A DNA stretch of 64,000 nt. Origin: Camelus ferus (Eukaryota). Location: assembly GCF_009834535.1 (NCBI RefSeq), contig NC_045697.1:35776001-35840000 (forward strand), read 5' to 3'. The notes under the pieces were generated by a model. That model was not told where the DNA came from, searched no databases, and was given only the letters and a program-made list of their open reading frames with translations. Both the position numbers and the translations under genes were made by a program. How positions within the stretch are numbered: position 1 is the stretch's first letter; every line of letters starts with the position of its first letter. Of the stretch, positions 61,431-64,000 are shown piece by piece.

Positions 61431-61799
61431 GAAGGTGACTTTTGGCTTCACACCATTCCTGGTGCTTAGGAGTCATTCATTTTGGAAATTACCGAAGAAA
61501 ACTTTTCCCTTACAGACAAAAGGGTCATTGAGAAAGGAACAGCCATCTGGGGTTGAGTGGAAAACTTTCTCTTAAAATGTAAAGTTACAATCCAGGGTCA
61601 GCAGAGCTTGACTTCTGGTGTCTCCAACATTCTCCCAGCTTGCATGCACACTCTTCTCAAAGTCCTTCTGTCTGCTCTCCCATCTCAAATTTATACCAGT
61701 AGTTTCAGAATTTTATTGTGGTGGCATCCCCAGTATCTGGATTTGTTATCAACAACTGAGCAAAATATTACCTCCGAGTTTAATTTGACTTTAAAATAT

Positions 61800-62915
61800 T
61801 GTGATACAATGGAAAATATATATTCGGTTTTTATCCCCAGTTCCTGGTACACAGCTCCTAAAACCCTTGGAATTTCCAGAATGACAAGAGTGTCTTTTCT
61901 ATGCTAATGAGATGACTGGTGGCTGAAGACCTCTAGAGGCTTCCAGATGGGGGCTGGTCAGCAGAAAGACCAAGGCATGTTTAGAGGGTTGGAAATTTCA
62001 GACACCCCATCCCCACGCCCCTAATCACTTCTCAGCCCCACCTAGGCCTCTGGGAATGGGAGAGGGGCTGGAGGTTGAGTTCACTGATGGCCAGTGATAG
62101 GATTAAGCATGCCTATGTAATGGAACTTCTGTTTTAAAAAACCCTAGACAACAAGGTTCAGAGAGCTTCTGGCTTGGAACCTAAATGTCCATCAAGAGAT
62201 GACTGGATAAAGAAGCTGTGGTATTATTATACAATGGAATACTACTCAGCCATAAAAAAGAATGAAACAATGCCATTTGCAGCAACATGGATGGACCTAG
62301 AGATTATCATGCTAAGTGAAGTTAAGAAGTCAGACAGAGAAAGAAAGATATCATATGATATCAATTATGTGTGGATTCTAAAAAAATGACACAAATAAAC
62401 TTATTTACAAAACAGACTCACAGACATAGAAAGCAAATTTGTGGTTACCAAAGGGGGAAGAGAGTAGGGAGGGATAAATTAGGAATTTGGGATTAACAGA
62501 TACACATATTATATATAAAACAGATAAACAACAAGGACCTACTATATAGCACAGGGAACTATATTCAATTTCTTGTAATAACGTATAATGATAAAGAATC
62601 TGAAAAATAATATGTATATATATGTATAACGGAATCACTTTGTTGTACACCAGAAAGTAACACAACATTGTAAACCAACTATACTTCAATTAAAAAATTT
62701 AAAAAATGATTTTAAAAGAAAGCTCCTGGCTTGGTGAACACACTGGAGTGCTGAGAGGGCGGTGCACCCAGAGGGGTCACTGGAAGCTCCAGGCTCCTTC
62801 TTCCACACTTCGCCCTGCTCACCTCTTCCATCTGGCTGTTCCTGTGTTGTATCCTTATAATAAACTGGTAATCCTAAGTAAAGTGTTTCCTTAGTATGTG
62901 AGCTATTCTAGCAAA
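61800..62915 (+). mobile_element. MER21-like ERVL LTR split by an L1
   Basis: tgtgatac...gttcctggtacacagctcctaaaacccttggaattt...| tgaacacactggagtgctg...tatccttataataaactggtaa. Confidence 0.85.
62178..62716 (+). mobile_element. 5'-truncated L1 (end of ORF2 plus 3' UTR)
   Basis: ORF 62174 reads PKCPSRDDWIKKLWYYYTMEYYSAIKKNE, the L1 ORF2 C-terminus; TSD agagagcttctggcttgg (62160-62177) / agaaagctcctggcttgg (62717-62734). Confidence 0.95.
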
Positions 62916-62916
62916 T

Positions 62917-64000
62917 TTTATTATCTCATTGTTTCTGTGAATCAGGAATTTGTGAGCAGCTTAGCTGGATGGTTCTGGATTAGAGTCTTTCTAGGAGGTT
63001 GCAGTCAAGATGCCTCGGAAGGCTACAGTCCTCGGAAGGCTTGAGTGGGCCAGGAAGATTTGCTTCCGAAATAGCTCCCTCCCACGGCTGCCAAGTTGGT
63101 GCTGGCTTTTGGCAGGAGGCCTCAGTTTCTCGCCACTGAGGCCTTTCCTTGGGGGCTGCTCTGGACCTGATGGCTTCCTCCACAGCAAGTGTCCCAAGAA
63201 AGCAAGATGAAATCAATCATGTGTTTTATGTCCTAGCCTCACAAGTCACACCCTGTCATTTCCACAAAGTCCTGTTCGTCGCCCAGCATTTACAGAAGAG
63301 AACTACTCTTACAGCAGGCAGGTAGCTAGATATGAGCAGAGAAAGGGGGATGCAGGCCAAATGGCAGGAATTGGGCGAAAAAGGAGAGGGGCACAGGCCC
63401 AGTGCAGGAAACCACACATCATGTAAGCACCTGGGCAGAGACAGAAAAGCAGGAACCTCTGGGCTGATAAATGGTCACACCTTTTGGGGTGATGATGAGT
63501 TGCCTGGAGGCCAACAAAGAAAGGTGGGAAGAGGCAGGAGTCTCCATTGTTTGAATGTAACCTTTTGCTCATTATGCCCTCATCACAATAAACTTAGCCT
63601 TGCAGATTATAAGTACCCAGCATGCACCGACGTCGTGAGACTTCGGATCCAGACTAAATAAGAACAAAAATCCCTCCTCCCTTTAGGAAGGTGAAGTTGG
63701 GATGAAAATCAGGGAATATGACCTCAAACCTTCCTTCCCCAATGAATATTCCATTCATTCATTTTTACTCTCTATGTAACCAACTTGCCAAAGAAACTCA
63801 GGGCGGCTGCTCACCTGAGCCTGCCTGTTCTCCCCTTGAGAGTGCACTATCCATCCATTAATAAATCCCCATTTTACTTTCTTAACCTCCAAGTCCCATC
63901 TCTGCACTTCTTCTGCGACAAGATGAGAACCTAGTCACCGGCAGCTCTACTGCCCAAGAACAAGAATAATGGCAGGCAAGGCTCTTTGGTGGCCACCTCC
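62917..64000 (-). mobile_element. MLT1F-like MaLR LTR split by an ERV1 LTR; runs to window edge
   Basis: ttattatctca..gtttctgtgaatcaggaatt...gcttagctggatggttctgg...cctagcctcacaagtcacac...aactac | tgcccaag...ggtggccac. Confidence 0.75.
63307..63946 (+). mobile_element. ERV1-class solo LTR (5' end MER50-like; probably lineage-specific)
   Basis: Flanked by a 4-bp direct repeat ctac (63303-63306, 63947-63950); start tcttacagcaggcaggtagctagatatgagcag; AATAAA near 63860; U5-like ttcttctgcgacaagatgagaacc. Confidence 0.7.

Noticed and set aside
12130..62716. Recurring near-identical motif (tagcacagggaactatattcaa...) as an array or novel repeat system
   Set aside because: Dispersed, irregularly spaced L1 3' UTR copies with individual TSDs; not CRISPR-like.
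2311..62915. Two same-strand MER21 LTRs as the ends of one provirus
   Set aside because: They are ~59 kb apart, differ substantially in internal sequence and enclose no ERV internal sequence; they are independent solo LTRs.

Overview
This is mammalian, almost certainly camelid (alpaca/llama/camel), intronic or intergenic DNA. The taxon call rests on two tRNA-derived SINEs of the Vic-1 type and cetartiodactyl-type L1 3' ends; I see no Alu, Bov-tA/BovB or PRE-1. I can support no protein-coding exon, functional RNA gene or CRISPR-like array. The supplied ORFs are chance ORFs or decayed L1/L2/hAT coding remnants. A large part of the window is interspersed repeat: MIR, L2, old L1M/HAL1, MaLR/ERVL/ERV1 solo LTRs, hAT DNA transposon fossils, nine lineage-specific 5'-truncated L1 3' ends (most with target-site duplications, TSDs), microsatellites and a 100-N assembly gap. 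Repeat family names come from my recall of consensus sequences, so subfamily labels and ends (often +/-20-50 bp) need RepeatMasker/Dfam confirmation. I found no evidence for a novel biological system. The best leads are: an extended CTCF site (core plus upstream motif) in a locally CpG-retaining unique stretch near 58.95 kb; a 44-bp inverted duplication inside a Charlie1 fossil; a dense NF-kB/AP-1/FOX/ETS motif cluster at 5.1-5.3 kb; a four-element nested LTR/L1 complex at the right end; and a readable hAT transposase fossil.
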